Below are positions 7,821-17,380 of a DNA stretch of 25,459 nt, piece by piece. This stretch comes from Cyanophyceae cyanobacterium (GTDB lineage: Bacteria; Cyanobacteriota; Cyanobacteriia; Cyanobacteriales; Laspinemataceae), in contig JBBQFN010000053.1 of the NCBI GenBank assembly GCA_038321985.1, positions 1 to 25,459 of the forward strand, read 5' to 3'. The translations under genes and the position numbers were made by a program. The notes under the pieces were generated by a model. That model ran no database searches. It saw only the letters and a list, made by a program, of their open reading frames with translations, and was not told the origin of the DNA. How positions within the stretch are numbered: the first letter of the stretch is position 1; every line of letters starts with the position of its first letter.

Positions 7821-8083
7821 GAGCAAAAGCTCAATTTAATTTTTATTAAGGTTAATTGACAAGGCCGTTCGTATGCTGTATAAGACTTAAGCTGGAGACA
7901 CTCAGTCTGCTCGGGCAACGCTTCAGCAGTGGGATTCAGGGTTTGTAAGCATTTCGCCGTCACGGGGTCAGCTACCGCAAACAACACTTTATCCGCCTGT
8001 TTAATCCAAGATTGAGCCGCTAATGTGAGATGTCCCCCCAGTTGAATGCCGGTTCCCACAATTGTTAATGAACCGCGTTGCAA
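7817..8083 (-). pseudogene. 5' fragment of a borosin-type SAM-dependent alpha-N-methyltransferase (tetrapyrrole methylase fold)
   Basis: GSLTIVGTGIQLGGHLTLAAQSWIKQADKVLFAVADPVTA..L..LNP resembles the N-termini of OphMA (GSLTIVGTGI..DPAT) and SonM as I recall them. RBS AGGAG precedes a TTG start. Similarity ends at codon 57 (about 7913); the rest reads into AT-rich promoter DNA. The downstream YGHP region is absent. Confidence 0.8.
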
Positions 8084-8215
8084 AGTCTCTCTCCTAAATT
8101 CTTACTTTTAATAACAAACCTAAAGTATAACATATTTCAGGAGCTTTAAAAAATAAAGGGTAAATTGTGAGCAAATTTTCTCACAATTTACCCCCAGAAC
8201 TGAGCCGATCGCCCG

Positions 8216-9010
8216 TTACTGCATCCCCGGACGGGGAAGGGCCAAACCGCTACTACCTCCGGGATAAGCACCAGGGTGAGAAAAGGGTATATACGCCATC
8301 CCGGCTTGATGCATTCCGCCACTGCGATCGCCCGCCATACCCGCGCCACTACCATAGAGCCCGATCGCACCATCCAGCTTCGCATGAGCCAAATTTGCGC
8401 CCCCCAGGTTCGCCCCGGTGAGATTCGCCCCACTGAGATTGGCATTAAACAGATTGGCATTTCTGAGGTCCGCACCATTGAGATTTGCATCCCGCAAGTC
8501 CGCATCCACCAACCGGGTATCACTGAAATCGCCATTGGTCAAATTTGCCTCAACCAATTGTGCGTTCCCCAGATTCGCCCCGGCACATTGCACTCCACTG
8601 AGGTTGGCATGATTGAGGACGGCACCAATCAAATTGGCACCTTTGAAATCCACACCGCTGAGATTGGCATCGGTGAAATTTGCCCTCACGCAATTGGCAA
8701 AGGTCAAATCGGCCCCACTGAGGTTGGCATTATTGAGCTTGGCCTCAAACAGATTCACCCCCTTACCATCCAACCCACTCAGATCCGAATGGGTGAGGTT
8801 GGCATCGACTAAGTTAGCAAAACTTAAATCAGCGCCGCTCAAGTTTGCATGACTGAGATTTGTTTGATTGAGATTGGCAAATAGTAATTTAGCACCGCTT
8901 AAGTCAGCTTTATTCAGATTAAAACGACCCAGGTTTGCTTCATTGAGGATGCCTCCCTGACACTGCTTAGTTTCGAGTAACCGTTTGATGTGAGCATTAT
9001 TAGCAGCCAT
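8216..9010 (-). CDS. Pentapeptide repeat protein
   Basis: About 40 A[D/N]LxG-type repeats after the typical cyanobacterial start H.KRLLETKQC; Gly/Ala-rich tail. Confidence 0.95.
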   Translation of the reverse strand: MAANNAHIKRLLETKQCQGGILNEANLGRFNLNKADLSGAKLLFANLNQTNLSHANLSGADLSFANLVDANLTHSDLSGLDGKGVNLFEAKLNNANLSGADLTFANCVRANFTDANLSGVDFKGANLIGAVLNHANLSGVQCAGANLGNAQLVEANLTNGDFSDTRLVDADLRDANLNGADLRNANLFNANLSGANLTGANLGGANLAHAKLDGAIGLYGSGAGMAGDRSGGMHQAGMAYIPFSHPGAYPGGSSGLALPRPGMQ

Positions 9011-9208
9011 ATAGTTGTTAAGGGATAGATGTTTTCTGATGGAAAATTATTCTTCTCATCTTACCCTTCCCGGCTGGAGCCGTGGGAAACCCAGAGAACA
9101 GATTTTTAGATTTAGCTGGGTCCTTGCTTTAATCTGGCTTCTAACCCTCCCCTGTCTGTGGGGCCTACCCAGACAGATTGACAAGGAATGCCAAATCTCA
9201 GCTTAACC

Positions 9209-10408
9209 CTAGTTTTTGAGTTCGCCATTTTGCCAACTTCCCTCGACCCGAGTACCATCGGCATAAATATAGAGTCCGTTCCCGTGCTTTTCGCCGTCGC
9301 TAAATTCGCCTTGGTAGCGATCGCCGTTAGCGTAGGTACAACTTCCGGTCCCGTGAAATTTTCCTTCTAAAAATGCTCCTTCGCAGCGATCGCCATTGGC
9401 AAAAGCATAGGTGCCTTGACCGCTAAATTGGCCCTCCCGAAACTCTCCGGAATAACTATTTCCGTTGGCAAAGGTAAACACCCCTTCCCCACTAAATTTT
9501 CCATCTACAAATGCGCCTTCATAACGGTTGCCATTCTCAAAAGTCAGGGTTCCTTGTCCTTGGGGTTTGCCATTGACAAACTGCCCTTGATAACGGTTGC
9601 CATTGGCGAATTCTCGCAACCCTTCCCCGTTAAATTGACCGGCGGTAAAGTTCCCCTCATAACGACTGCCATCGGCAAAGGTAAAAATTCCTTTGCCGTC
9701 GGGTTTGCCATTCACAAACGGCCCTTCATAGCGATCGCCATTGCCATATTCCCGCACCCCTTGACCGTTTAATTGGCCTTCGGTAAATTCGCCTTCATAC
9801 CGTCCGCCTTCAGCAAAAGTATAGACGCCGCGACCGTGGGGTTGAGCATTGACTAATTCGCCTTGATAACCATTGCCATTAGCATATTCACAGGACCCTT
9901 GACCGTTGAGTTTACCCTCGGCGATCGCCCCAGTGCAGCGGTTACCATTGGGGAAGACAAAGGTGCCGCTACCACTGGGAGACCCTTCCACAAATTCTCC
10001 CTCAAAGCGGATGCCATTTTCCGAAGTATAAGACCCGTTGCCGTGAAATTTACCCTCTTTAAATACGCCTTCATAGCGGTTACCATTGGCAAATTCACGC
10101 ACTCCCGCGCCATTAAATTGACCGTTGCTAAATTCGCCTTCATAACGGCTGCCGTCGGCAAAGGTATAAACACCTCTTCCGTGAGGTTTGCCTTCTAAAA
10201 ATTCTCCTTCATAGCGATCGCGATTGGCATAGGTACAGACTGCCGGACCGCTGAGTTTGCCATCGCGCAGTTCTCCTTCGCAACGACCCCCATCGGGTAA
10301 GGTCACCACCCCGGCGATTGACGGCAGAGGAAGACTCAAGGCGAGGGCGATTTCTACAGTTAAGGCGATCGCTAGTGGAATTCCGAATTTAGGGATAGAA
10401 CGAAGCAT
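9209..10408 (-). CDS. Exported MORN-repeat protein
   Basis: About 15 tandem 23-aa repeats (RYEGEF..G..G.G.YTFA.G); N-terminal hydrophobic signal-like segment. ATG at 10408 preferred. Confidence 0.93.
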   Translation of the reverse strand: MLRSIPKFGIPLAIALTVEIALALSLPLPSIAGVVTLPDGGRCEGELRDGKLSGPAVCTYANRDRYEGEFLEGKPHGRGVYTFADGSRYEGEFSNGQFNGAGVREFANGNRYEGVFKEGKFHGNGSYTSENGIRFEGEFVEGSPSGSGTFVFPNGNRCTGAIAEGKLNGQGSCEYANGNGYQGELVNAQPHGRGVYTFAEGGRYEGEFTEGQLNGQGVREYGNGDRYEGPFVNGKPDGKGIFTFADGSRYEGNFTAGQFNGEGLREFANGNRYQGQFVNGKPQGQGTLTFENGNRYEGAFVDGKFSGEGVFTFANGNSYSGEFREGQFSGQGTYAFANGDRCEGAFLEGKFHGTGSCTYANGDRYQGEFSDGEKHGNGLYIYADGTRVEGSWQNGELKN

Positions 10409-10490
10409 TGTTAAATCAAGGGTAAACAACATTAATGGGTAGTATTCAGATGATTTATCTTAGAAAAGTTAGAAGTATAGTTCGGAAATA

Positions 10491-10507
10491 GCGAGCAAGA
10501 TGCTCGC
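10491..10507. repeat. Short REP-like palindrome
   Basis: GCGAGCA-AGA-TGCTCGC in the tonB-MORN intergenic region. Confidence 0.5.
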
Positions 10508-10583
10508 ACTCCTCCTAACTTCCTACTTGCTATCTGTCCGGTATGAGTCCAACAAAGGCTATATGAGTCCCAAATAAATCGTG

Positions 10584-12248
10584 TTATGAATCCTCTAGGT
10601 TAAATGGAATTCTCACAAGTTTACTCTGCTGTCCATTATCGGAACTCTCGAATTTCCAACTCCTAATCTTGTTGATTGCCGACTCATCTAATGTCCGGTG
10701 ACCACTGGTCTCTTCTAATCTGACGTCAATCACGTTACCGGAGGGGTCGATATCCACACTCAGTAAGACAACCCCTTCCCATCCTTCTTCTCGGGCAATC
10801 CGAGGATAGTTGGGTTTACCGCAGTTACGACAGCGCACGGATCCTGAACCGTTTGGGGAACCGTTTGGGGAACCCTCAGCCCTGCCCGAATTGTTACCCG
10901 GATCCATCGGCCCGACATCACTGCCAAAGGGTTCGGAGGCGGTCCCATAACCGCTGTTTCCGGTCCAGCTTGAGGGCGAATTGGAGTCTGTGCCCGTGGC
11001 GGTCGAATTGGAGTTTGTGCCGGTTTCCAAGTCATTCAAAAAACCTGAAGAATTCTCCCCACCTCCCGGGTTGGTATTTGTGACGGGAGATTCCGTGGTA
11101 CGCGGTGGCCCACTATTTGCATTGGGGTTGAAAGGTTCATCAAGACCCAAATCGCTGCTGCTATTCCAATTTGACGGGGCTGTTTCCCGACTTTCCCCAA
11201 CCGTGGGCGCGGGATTATTGGTTTCCAGTTCTGATAAAAAGTCGGAATTGCCTGTATCTTCAGGTCGTGTATTGATGACAGGATTGGAGGCGACTGTATC
11301 CCTCGGTTGCAGATTCGGGTTGAAGGGTTCCTCTGGGGCGTCGATGTCATCATTCCAAGGCGATCGCCCTGTCGGGTTGATTTCCTCTAGTCTGGGTGCA
11401 GGGTCCGAGTTGGGAAATTCCGTGAGAAGCTCAGACCCCGAGGTTTCCGGTAAACTGCTGGTGACGGGGGGTTCCATCAGTTCCTGTTCGTCCAAGGGTT
11501 CGTTTAGGGGACTGGAATTCTCGGCAAACGGATCCGATGAGGCGATCGCTTCCTCTTCTAGGGCGATCTCTTCTTCGATCAGGGGTAATTCGCTCATCCA
11601 GTCCGATGGGGGAACCACTGTTTCCTCTACGGAACTCACCACCGGCGGATCCGGCAGTCTTTCTGGGGTATTCAACTCCGGCAGGGGTTCTATGTTCGGA
11701 TTCCAGGGTTCCTCGGGGATAGTCGGACTTTCCACCGGATCCAGCGGCGCTGTTTCTGCCATAGACGGCGCTTCCTGTGGCGTTATCGGTGCTGGACTAG
11801 GTATCGGTGTAGGGGTGGGTTGCGGCACGAAGGGTTCGGGCGCTGGGGCTGGCTGCTGTGCCAGTAGCGGTTCTGGGGTTTCTACCGCTTCCGCTTCCGG
11901 TTCCGGTTCGGGGATGGGTTCGGGTTCTGGGGTTTCTACCGCTTCGGGTTCGGGTTTGGGCTCGGGTTCGGGTTCGGGTTCTGGGGTTTCTACCGCTTTG
12001 GGTTCTTCCGGTTCCGGCGGTGGGGGTTCCTCCTCCGGTTCAGGTTCTGAGAGTTCCGGTTCATCGAGAACAATAAATTCAATCGGTTCCGCTGTCGCTT
12101 CCGGCGAAGCCTGGACGATCCAGTTTAGGGTAAATGGCAGCACCACTAGATGCACCAAGGCTGAACCGACTAGGCTCCATGCAATCAACTTTTTGATTTT
12201 CTCTTCTTGTTGTTCTCGCTGCGCGGTAGAAACGCTAGAAAAAGTCAT
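10584..12248 (-). CDS. tonB: TonB family energy transducer
   Basis: N-terminal TM helix with SALVH (S..H) motif; long Pro/Glu-rich linker; C-terminal TonB domain PNYPRIAREEGWEGVVLLSVDID..G.V...SGHRTLDESA....RSWKF. Confidence 0.92.
   Translation of the reverse strand: MTFSSVSTAQREQQEEKIKKLIAWSLVGSALVHLVVLPFTLNWIVQASPEATAEPIEFIVLDEPELSEPEPEEEPPPPEPEEPKAVETPEPEPEPEPKPEPEAVETPEPEPIPEPEPEAEAVETPEPLLAQQPAPAPEPFVPQPTPTPIPSPAPITPQEAPSMAETAPLDPVESPTIPEEPWNPNIEPLPELNTPERLPDPPVVSSVEETVVPPSDWMSELPLIEEEIALEEEAIASSDPFAENSSPLNEPLDEQELMEPPVTSSLPETSGSELLTEFPNSDPAPRLEEINPTGRSPWNDDIDAPEEPFNPNLQPRDTVASNPVINTRPEDTGNSDFLSELETNNPAPTVGESRETAPSNWNSSSDLGLDEPFNPNANSGPPRTTESPVTNTNPGGGENSSGFLNDLETGTNSNSTATGTDSNSPSSWTGNSGYGTASEPFGSDVGPMDPGNNSGRAEGSPNGSPNGSGSVRCRNCGKPNYPRIAREEGWEGVVLLSVDIDPSGNVIDVRLEETSGHRTLDESAINKIRSWKFESSDNGQQSKLVRIPFNLEDS
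11872..12045 (-). repeat. Tandem coding repeats in the TonB linker ((PE)n and three AVETPEP units)
   Basis: GGTTCTGGGGTTTCTACCGCTT recurs three times on the + strand, interleaved with GGTTCG/GGTTCC hexamers. Confidence 0.8.
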
Positions 12249-12660
12249 GCCTGCTAGATCTCCTCAGAACAAAGGTGTGGACAACATTCGCGCGATCGCT
12301 CCAGACCCTTGGTCCCGCTGAGCGACTAGGGGGTGCGATCGGCTAGTTCCATTTCCCCCGTACCCAAAAAATGCTGGAGTACCACCGTTTAAATTTTTTA
12401 TCATTATTGAAACTAATTAGCAATAGGGCAGTTAAAAATATTAAGGCCACAGAGGGAGTTGAGATAAAAATGAGGAGTTTGAACCGGGTCTCCTGTAAGT
12501 ACACCAAGAAGCGATATTTGTCAAGTCTTTGTTTTGAGTCCCGGCCCTATCCGTGCGATCGCATGGGAGACAGCGGATTAGAGCTTTTGCCGGTACTGAA
12601 CATTAGCGGCCTTGATCACCTAATTTATGTAATGTTGGGCTAAACCCCTTGACATTTACT

Positions 12661-12685
12661 CGCAATTGATTTTCAGTTTCTTAAT
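12661..12685. promoter_or_regulatory. Putative Fur box upstream of tonB
   Basis: The minus strand reads ATTAAGAAACTGAAAATCAATTGCG; TGAAAATCAATTGCG resembles the 7-1-7 Fur consensus TGATAATnATTATCA. It lies about 410 bp upstream of tonB, next to TTGACA (12650-12655). Confidence 0.45.
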
Positions 12686-12880
12686 AAAATGTATTAAAAA
12701 CTTAGGGAGAAGCCAGAGAGTTACTGGCCCTAGGGACGGTCAGTCCTCGTCAACTCACTTGGCTCCTATTTCTAATGAAAAAGGGAGAAACTTGATTTCC
12801 CAAAGTAAATACAGCCGGATTACAATTTATACGTGTATATAAGTTTCCCGTGCTTGTTCCGTGATTTTGAATGATAAGTG

Positions 12881-13011
12881 ATATGGAATCCGGTAGTTAT
12901 AGGTCTGTTAAAAGTAGCACAACTTAATGGACCCCACCCTAACCCTCCCCTTGCCAAGGGGAGGGAACCATCAGATGAAATTAAACGACTTTTGATACCC
13001 GGATTTGGTAT
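12881..13011. mobile_element. MITE-like short element (about 130 bp)
   Basis: Imperfect terminal IRs ATATGGAATCCGG / CCGGATTTGGTAT (10 of 13 match); internal palindrome CCCTCCCCTTG-C-CAAGGGGAGGG (12943-12965). Related ends occur at about 13098 (ATACCAAATACGG) and 18565 (CTGGATTTGGTAT). Confidence 0.55.
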
Positions 13012-13298
13012 GATATCTTCGTTTTCTTCTAGAGTCAGAGAGTGTGAGAGTGAGATGCCGCAACCGAGAAGGATTTTTAGGAGTTGGGAGGGGTGTAATA
13101 CCAAATACGGTTTTGCAGACTAAATTCCGTTAGAAATAGAAACAGTAGACAATCCTGCAATTCATCTACTGTCCACAGCCTAGGTCGGTCCTTCGCACCT
13201 TTGAGGAAATCCACCCTCAGCCTGTACCCTATCCGCCCAGAAAATCCGATAAACTGATTGGGAAACTCCAGTTAAGTTAACTCTTATTGATATTGATA

Positions 13299-15083
13299 AT
13301 GATGAACCGACGCTTATTTTTCTCGGTATTAGCGGCAGCCACCCTAGTCTTGTGCCTCCTGGGTGCGGGTGGCTTCTATGAAATCCTCGCCACCGGACCC
13401 CTGGCTTTATTGCGCGGAACCGTGACAACTCATGTGGATGCGGCGATGTTTGTGCCCAGACAAGCGCCAGTGATGACATCATTATTGGTGAATGTGGACC
13501 AATTAGAGGAAGCGGGGCGACTCGCAGCAGAGCCAAAATTGCGGAGTCAGGTACGGGAGGAGTTTGACCAGATTAAAAATGGGGTCCTCGCCAATACGGA
13601 CTTAAATTATCGCAGCGATATCCAACCCTGGCTAGGGGAGGAAATTACCTTTGCCGTCACCAGTGCCGATTTTGATCGCGAGTATGTTAATGGTCGGCAA
13701 CCGGGATATTTACTGGCCGTGGAGACTAAAAACCCCCAGCGCAGCCGGGATTTTCTGGAGGTGTTGTGGTCCCAAAATAGCCGAAACGGTGTAGAGCTTG
13801 CAGTAGAAAATTATCAAGGGGTGAAGCTGATTTACACCCAGACCCTAGAGGGAGTTGCCGGTTCCGAACCCGGAACAGGAAGCTGGGCTTCCGCAGTGGT
13901 GGGCGATCGCTTCGTGTTGTTTGCCAATCATCCCAAAGTCCTGCGGGATGCCATTAATAATGCCCAAGCCCAAAATCTCAGCCTCAAAGGAAACCCCGCC
14001 TATCAAGAGGCAATCGCTAATATGTCCTCCTCGGGAATTGGGCTTAGTTTTATCAATATCGAGGAATTTACCGCTTGGATTAGCGATCGCCCTCCGGAAA
14101 CTGCTCTCAAGCCTCCCTCTGAGCGTGTCCTCGCCGCCCAAAAGTCTCCCAGCTTAGGAATTGCCCTCGGGTTGAACCCCCAGGGATTGCTGGCCCATAC
14201 TATCTGGAATGGCAGTACCTCTAACGAGTGGGTCACAACTTTACCCAGTTTATTAGGACCTGTGGGGGCCATGCAATATCTCCCCCCTCAGACTGCATTT
14301 ACTATCGCGGGTGCCGACTTGAATCAGTTGTGGTTAGCACTCGAAGCAGGCTTTCCCGAGTCTGGGGCAGTGGGTCAAATTCTCCGCAAACCTGTGGCTG
14401 ACTTGCGATCGCGCTGGGGATTGGATTTACCCGAGGCTATTTTTAGCTGGGTGCAAGGGGAATATGCGATCGGTTTATTACCCCAATCTGAGGTGGAAAA
14501 CGCCGATAATCCAGGGTTGGCATGGATTTTTGTAACCCAGAAATCCGGTGAGAGTTCCACAAAAGGAATTGAGCAGTTAGATGCGATCGCCCAAGAACAA
14601 GGCTTTAGCGTAGGGCCGGTTTCCTGGGGGAGTCGCCCAATTTCCACCTGGACAAAATTAACCACTAAACCTGTCACCACCAAGGCGAAAGGGCTGAAAC
14701 CCTTACAGATTGCCGCCGACGTTCGGGCCGTACATACGGAAATTGGGGCTTACGAGATATTTGCCAGTTCCCTAGAAACCTTAACAGCGGCGATCGAGGC
14801 CCCGAATACAGGCTCAATTTTAAGTAATCCTAACTTTCAAAGTGCGATCGCACCCCTTCCCCAGTCCAATTATGGATATTTCTACCTGGATTGGCTGGCC
14901 TCTCAAGAGAGTTTAACCCGTCGCTTCCCCATCCTCAAATTAGTCACCCTCGCCGGAAAACCTTTGTTTCAGCGCTTGCAGTCCATTTCCTTAAGTTCAC
15001 CTGCACCTGGAACCCAAGCCGGGACAGCACTCCCCGTAGAGGCGGCCCCCTTAGCGGACTTGTTCATCCGTCTGGGTTCATAA
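13299..15083 (+). CDS. DUF3352-like membrane-anchored protein
   Basis: N-terminal TM segment; motifs FVPRQAPVMTSLLVN, Y..DIQPWLGEEITFAV, FVLFANHPKVLRDAINN, IFSWVQGEYA, YGYFYLDW typical of this conserved cyanobacterial family. ATG at 13299 or 13302 preferred. Confidence 0.8.
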   Translation: MMNRRLFFSVLAAATLVLCLLGAGGFYEILATGPLALLRGTVTTHVDAAMFVPRQAPVMTSLLVNVDQLEEAGRLAAEPKLRSQVREEFDQIKNGVLANTDLNYRSDIQPWLGEEITFAVTSADFDREYVNGRQPGYLLAVETKNPQRSRDFLEVLWSQNSRNGVELAVENYQGVKLIYTQTLEGVAGSEPGTGSWASAVVGDRFVLFANHPKVLRDAINNAQAQNLSLKGNPAYQEAIANMSSSGIGLSFINIEEFTAWISDRPPETALKPPSERVLAAQKSPSLGIALGLNPQGLLAHTIWNGSTSNEWVTTLPSLLGPVGAMQYLPPQTAFTIAGADLNQLWLALEAGFPESGAVGQILRKPVADLRSRWGLDLPEAIFSWVQGEYAIGLLPQSEVENADNPGLAWIFVTQKSGESSTKGIEQLDAIAQEQGFSVGPVSWGSRPISTWTKLTTKPVTTKAKGLKPLQIAADVRAVHTEIGAYEIFASSLETLTAAIEAPNTGSILSNPNFQSAIAPLPQSNYGYFYLDWLASQESLTRRFPILKLVTLAGKPLFQRLQSISLSSPAPGTQAGTALPVEAAPLADLFIRLGS

Positions 15084-15220
15084 AAAACCTGACAGGCTGA
15101 TGCCAAGACACTTCAAAAGGATCCGCGCGAATAACTCGGCCCCAGGCGATAGTTCGCTCATGGGCCGTCAGAATCTGAGAGTGAGTGGCCTTTAATCCTA
15201 AATTTCTGGGGAGAAAAAAA

Positions 15221-15261
15221 GGAAATTGAGGGGGTAAAATTAATCTTACCCCTCCAATTCC
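15221..15261. terminator. Imperfect stem-loop between the DUF3352-like gene and guaA
   Basis: GGAAATTGAGGGGGTAA-N8-TTACCCCTCCAATTCC, preceded by an A-run. Confidence 0.4.
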
Positions 15262-15399
15262 AGGACTTACGTCCCTAGGAGATATTTAAAAGTGGCATAG
15301 CCATACTGAGGCGATCGCGCAATCGTTAAAGTTCTGATTTCTTCTGCGTAAGTCCTTCATGAAATTTTCGCCTAACACCCAACCCATTAGGATTGACCC

Positions 15400-17034
15400 G
15401 TGACGACTACCCAAACTCCAACTCCACAAAGTCCTATCAGTGAGTCTGTTGAAACCCCAGCCGATCGCCCTGTTATCGACCGCGAGACCATTCTGATTTT
15501 AGACTTTGGTTCTCAGTATTCAGAATTAATTGCCCGTCGAATTCGGGAAACCCAGGTTTATTCGGAGGTCCTGTCCCATCGTACTGACGCTGAAACCCTC
15601 CGAAAACTTAAACCCAAAGGGATTATTTTATCCGGGGGTCCTAATTCGGTTTACGATGACGGTGCACCCCTGTGTGATCCAGAAATTTGGCAACTCGGCA
15701 TTCCCGTGCTCGGGGTTTGTTATGGAATGCAACTGATGGTGCAGCAGCTTGGAGGCCAGGTGGCTCCAGCAGAACGAGCCGAATATGGTAAAGCCTCGTT
15801 GTACATTGACGACCCGACGGATTTGCTCACCAACGTGGAAGAAGGCTCAACCATGTGGATGAGTCATGGGGACTCAGTGCTGCGGATGCCCGAGGGGTTT
15901 GAGCGACTGGCGCATACCGATAATACCGACTGTGCCGCAGTCGCCCACCACGAGAAACAATTATACGGAGTCCAGTTTCATCCAGAAGTCGTGCATTCCC
16001 TAGGTGGAATGCCCCTGATTCGTAACTTTGTGTATCATATTTGTGAGTGCCAACCCACCTGGACCACCGCCACCTTTGTAGAAGAATCCATTCGGGACAT
16101 CCGCGCCCAAGTTGGGGACCGGCGAGTCTTGTTAGCCTTATCCGGTGGGGTGGATTCTTCCACCTTAGCCTTCTTACTGCACAAGGCGATCGGGGACCAA
16201 CTTACTTGTATGTTCATCGATCAAGGCTTCATGCGCAAATATGAGCCAGAACGCTTGGTCAAGCTATTTCATGAGCAATTCCATATTCCCGTCGCCTACG
16301 TCAATGCCCGCGATCGCTTCCTAGCTCAAATTGAAGGCATTACGGACCCAGAAGAAAAACGTAAGCGCATTGGTCACGAATTCATCCGGGTCTTTGAAGA
16401 AGAATCCAAACGTCTGGGACCCTTTGATTTTCTCGCCCAAGGCACTCTGTACCCGGACGTCATCGAATCTGCTGATACCAGCATTCCCTCGCAACCGGGT
16501 CAACGAGTCGCAGTTAAAATCAAGAGTCATCATAACGTTGGGGGTTTACCCGATGACCTTTGCTTTAAGTTAGTCGAACCCCTGCGGAAACTCTTTAAAG
16601 ATGAAGTCCGCAAAGTCGGGCGATCGATTGGTTTACCGGAGGAAATTGTGCAACGTCACCCCTTCCCCGGTCCCGGTTTAGCAATTCGTATCCTAGGGGA
16701 AGTCACCGCCGATCGCTTAGATATCCTGCGGGATGCGGACTTCGTGGTTCGCCAAGAAATTAATCGCCAGGGACGATACCATGATTTTTGGCAAGCGTTT
16801 GCCGTCTTGCTACCCATCCGCAGTGTTGGCGTGATGGGCGATCAACGCACCTATGCCTATCCGATTGTATTGCGCTTAGTCTCCAGTGAAGATGGGATGA
16901 CCGCAGATTGGTCTCGGGTTCCTTACGAATTGTTAGAAACAATTTCTAACCGCATCGTCAACGAAGTTCGCGGCGTGAATCGGGTGGTTTATGACATTAC
17001 CTCCAAACCACCTGGAACTATCGAATGGGAATAA
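15400..17034 (+). CDS. guaA: GMP synthase (glutamine-hydrolysing)
   Basis: [15 protein letters not shown] (nucleophile Cys), [37 protein letters not shown]-terminal KPPGTIEWE. Confidence 0.99.
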   Translation: MTTTQTPTPQSPISESVETPADRPVIDRETILILDFGSQYSELIARRIRETQVYSEVLSHRTDAETLRKLKPKGIILSGGPNSVYDDGAPLCDPEIWQLGIPVLGVCYGMQLMVQQLGGQVAPAERAEYGKASLYIDDPTDLLTNVEEGSTMWMSHGDSVLRMPEGFERLAHTDNTDCAAVAHHEKQLYGVQFHPEVVHSLGGMPLIRNFVYHICECQPTWTTATFVEESIRDIRAQVGDRRVLLALSGGVDSSTLAFLLHKAIGDQLTCMFIDQGFMRKYEPERLVKLFHEQFHIPVAYVNARDRFLAQIEGITDPEEKRKRIGHEFIRVFEEESKRLGPFDFLAQGTLYPDVIESADTSIPSQPGQRVAVKIKSHHNVGGLPDDLCFKLVEPLRKLFKDEVRKVGRSIGLPEEIVQRHPFPGPGLAIRILGEVTADRLDILRDADFVVRQEINRQGRYHDFWQAFAVLLPIRSVGVMGDQRTYAYPIVLRLVSSEDGMTADWSRVPYELLETISNRIVNEVRGVNRVVYDITSKPPGTIEWE

Positions 17035-17140
17035 ACTACTTAAAGCTCGGCAATGGGGGCAGGTGCTGTTAAGCGGGCGACTGTTGTACCCGTCTTGATA
17101 ATTCCCTCTCCCAGACCACTGGAATCAGACAAAAACTAGA

Positions 17141-17174
17141 CTGTCATAAGGCGGAATCTGCCGCCTTATGACAG
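17141..17174. terminator. Perfect 14-bp hairpin downstream of guaA
   Basis: CTGTCATAAGGCGG-AATCTG-CCGCCTTATGACAG; no U-tract. Confidence 0.55.
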
Positions 17175-17380
17175 GAATTCGGTAAATTTTCGGAGGTCAT
17201 TACCCATTAAATATGCTGCATTAGTAATAAGTCATCATAAAATCTGGGGAAACTAGGCCAATATTTTTTAGAGGCGATCGCAACCCAGAAGGGACAGATG
17301 ACAAAGTAGCTACTTCGCTACCCCGATTCTAAATTTTACCATCACCATAGAGAGGAATAACAAAGGAGGTGATAGCTCTT

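Noticed and set aside
7904..7909. CAGACT (minus strand) at the methyltransferase breakpoint, identical to the first 6 nt of the IS-like end at 128-133
   Set aside because: Only 6 bp match and the following sequence diverges; compatible with chance.
8188..8852. Several overlapping ORFs within the pentapeptide gene
   Set aside because: Alternative frames kept open by the 15-bp coding periodicity.
9209..10300. 69-bp periodic DNA repeats resembling a CRISPR or tandem array
   Set aside because: Fully explained by in-frame MORN repeats; no constant repeat with unique spacers and no cas genes.
10981..12321. 446-aa Ser/Gly-rich ORF on the + strand
   Set aside because: Antisense shadow of the low-complexity Pro/Glu TonB linker; no independent motifs.
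12371..13123. Short ORFs 12371-12643, 12820-13104 and 12878-13123, and a possible iron-regulated sRNA after TTGACA at 12650
   Set aside because: The ORFs lack motifs and overlap repeat DNA; the -10 element is poor and I see no match to a known sRNA.
13142..13172. 8-bp inverted repeat ACAGTAGA-N15-TCTACTGT upstream of the DUF3352-like gene
   Set aside because: Short, with no recognisable regulator consensus; could be chance.
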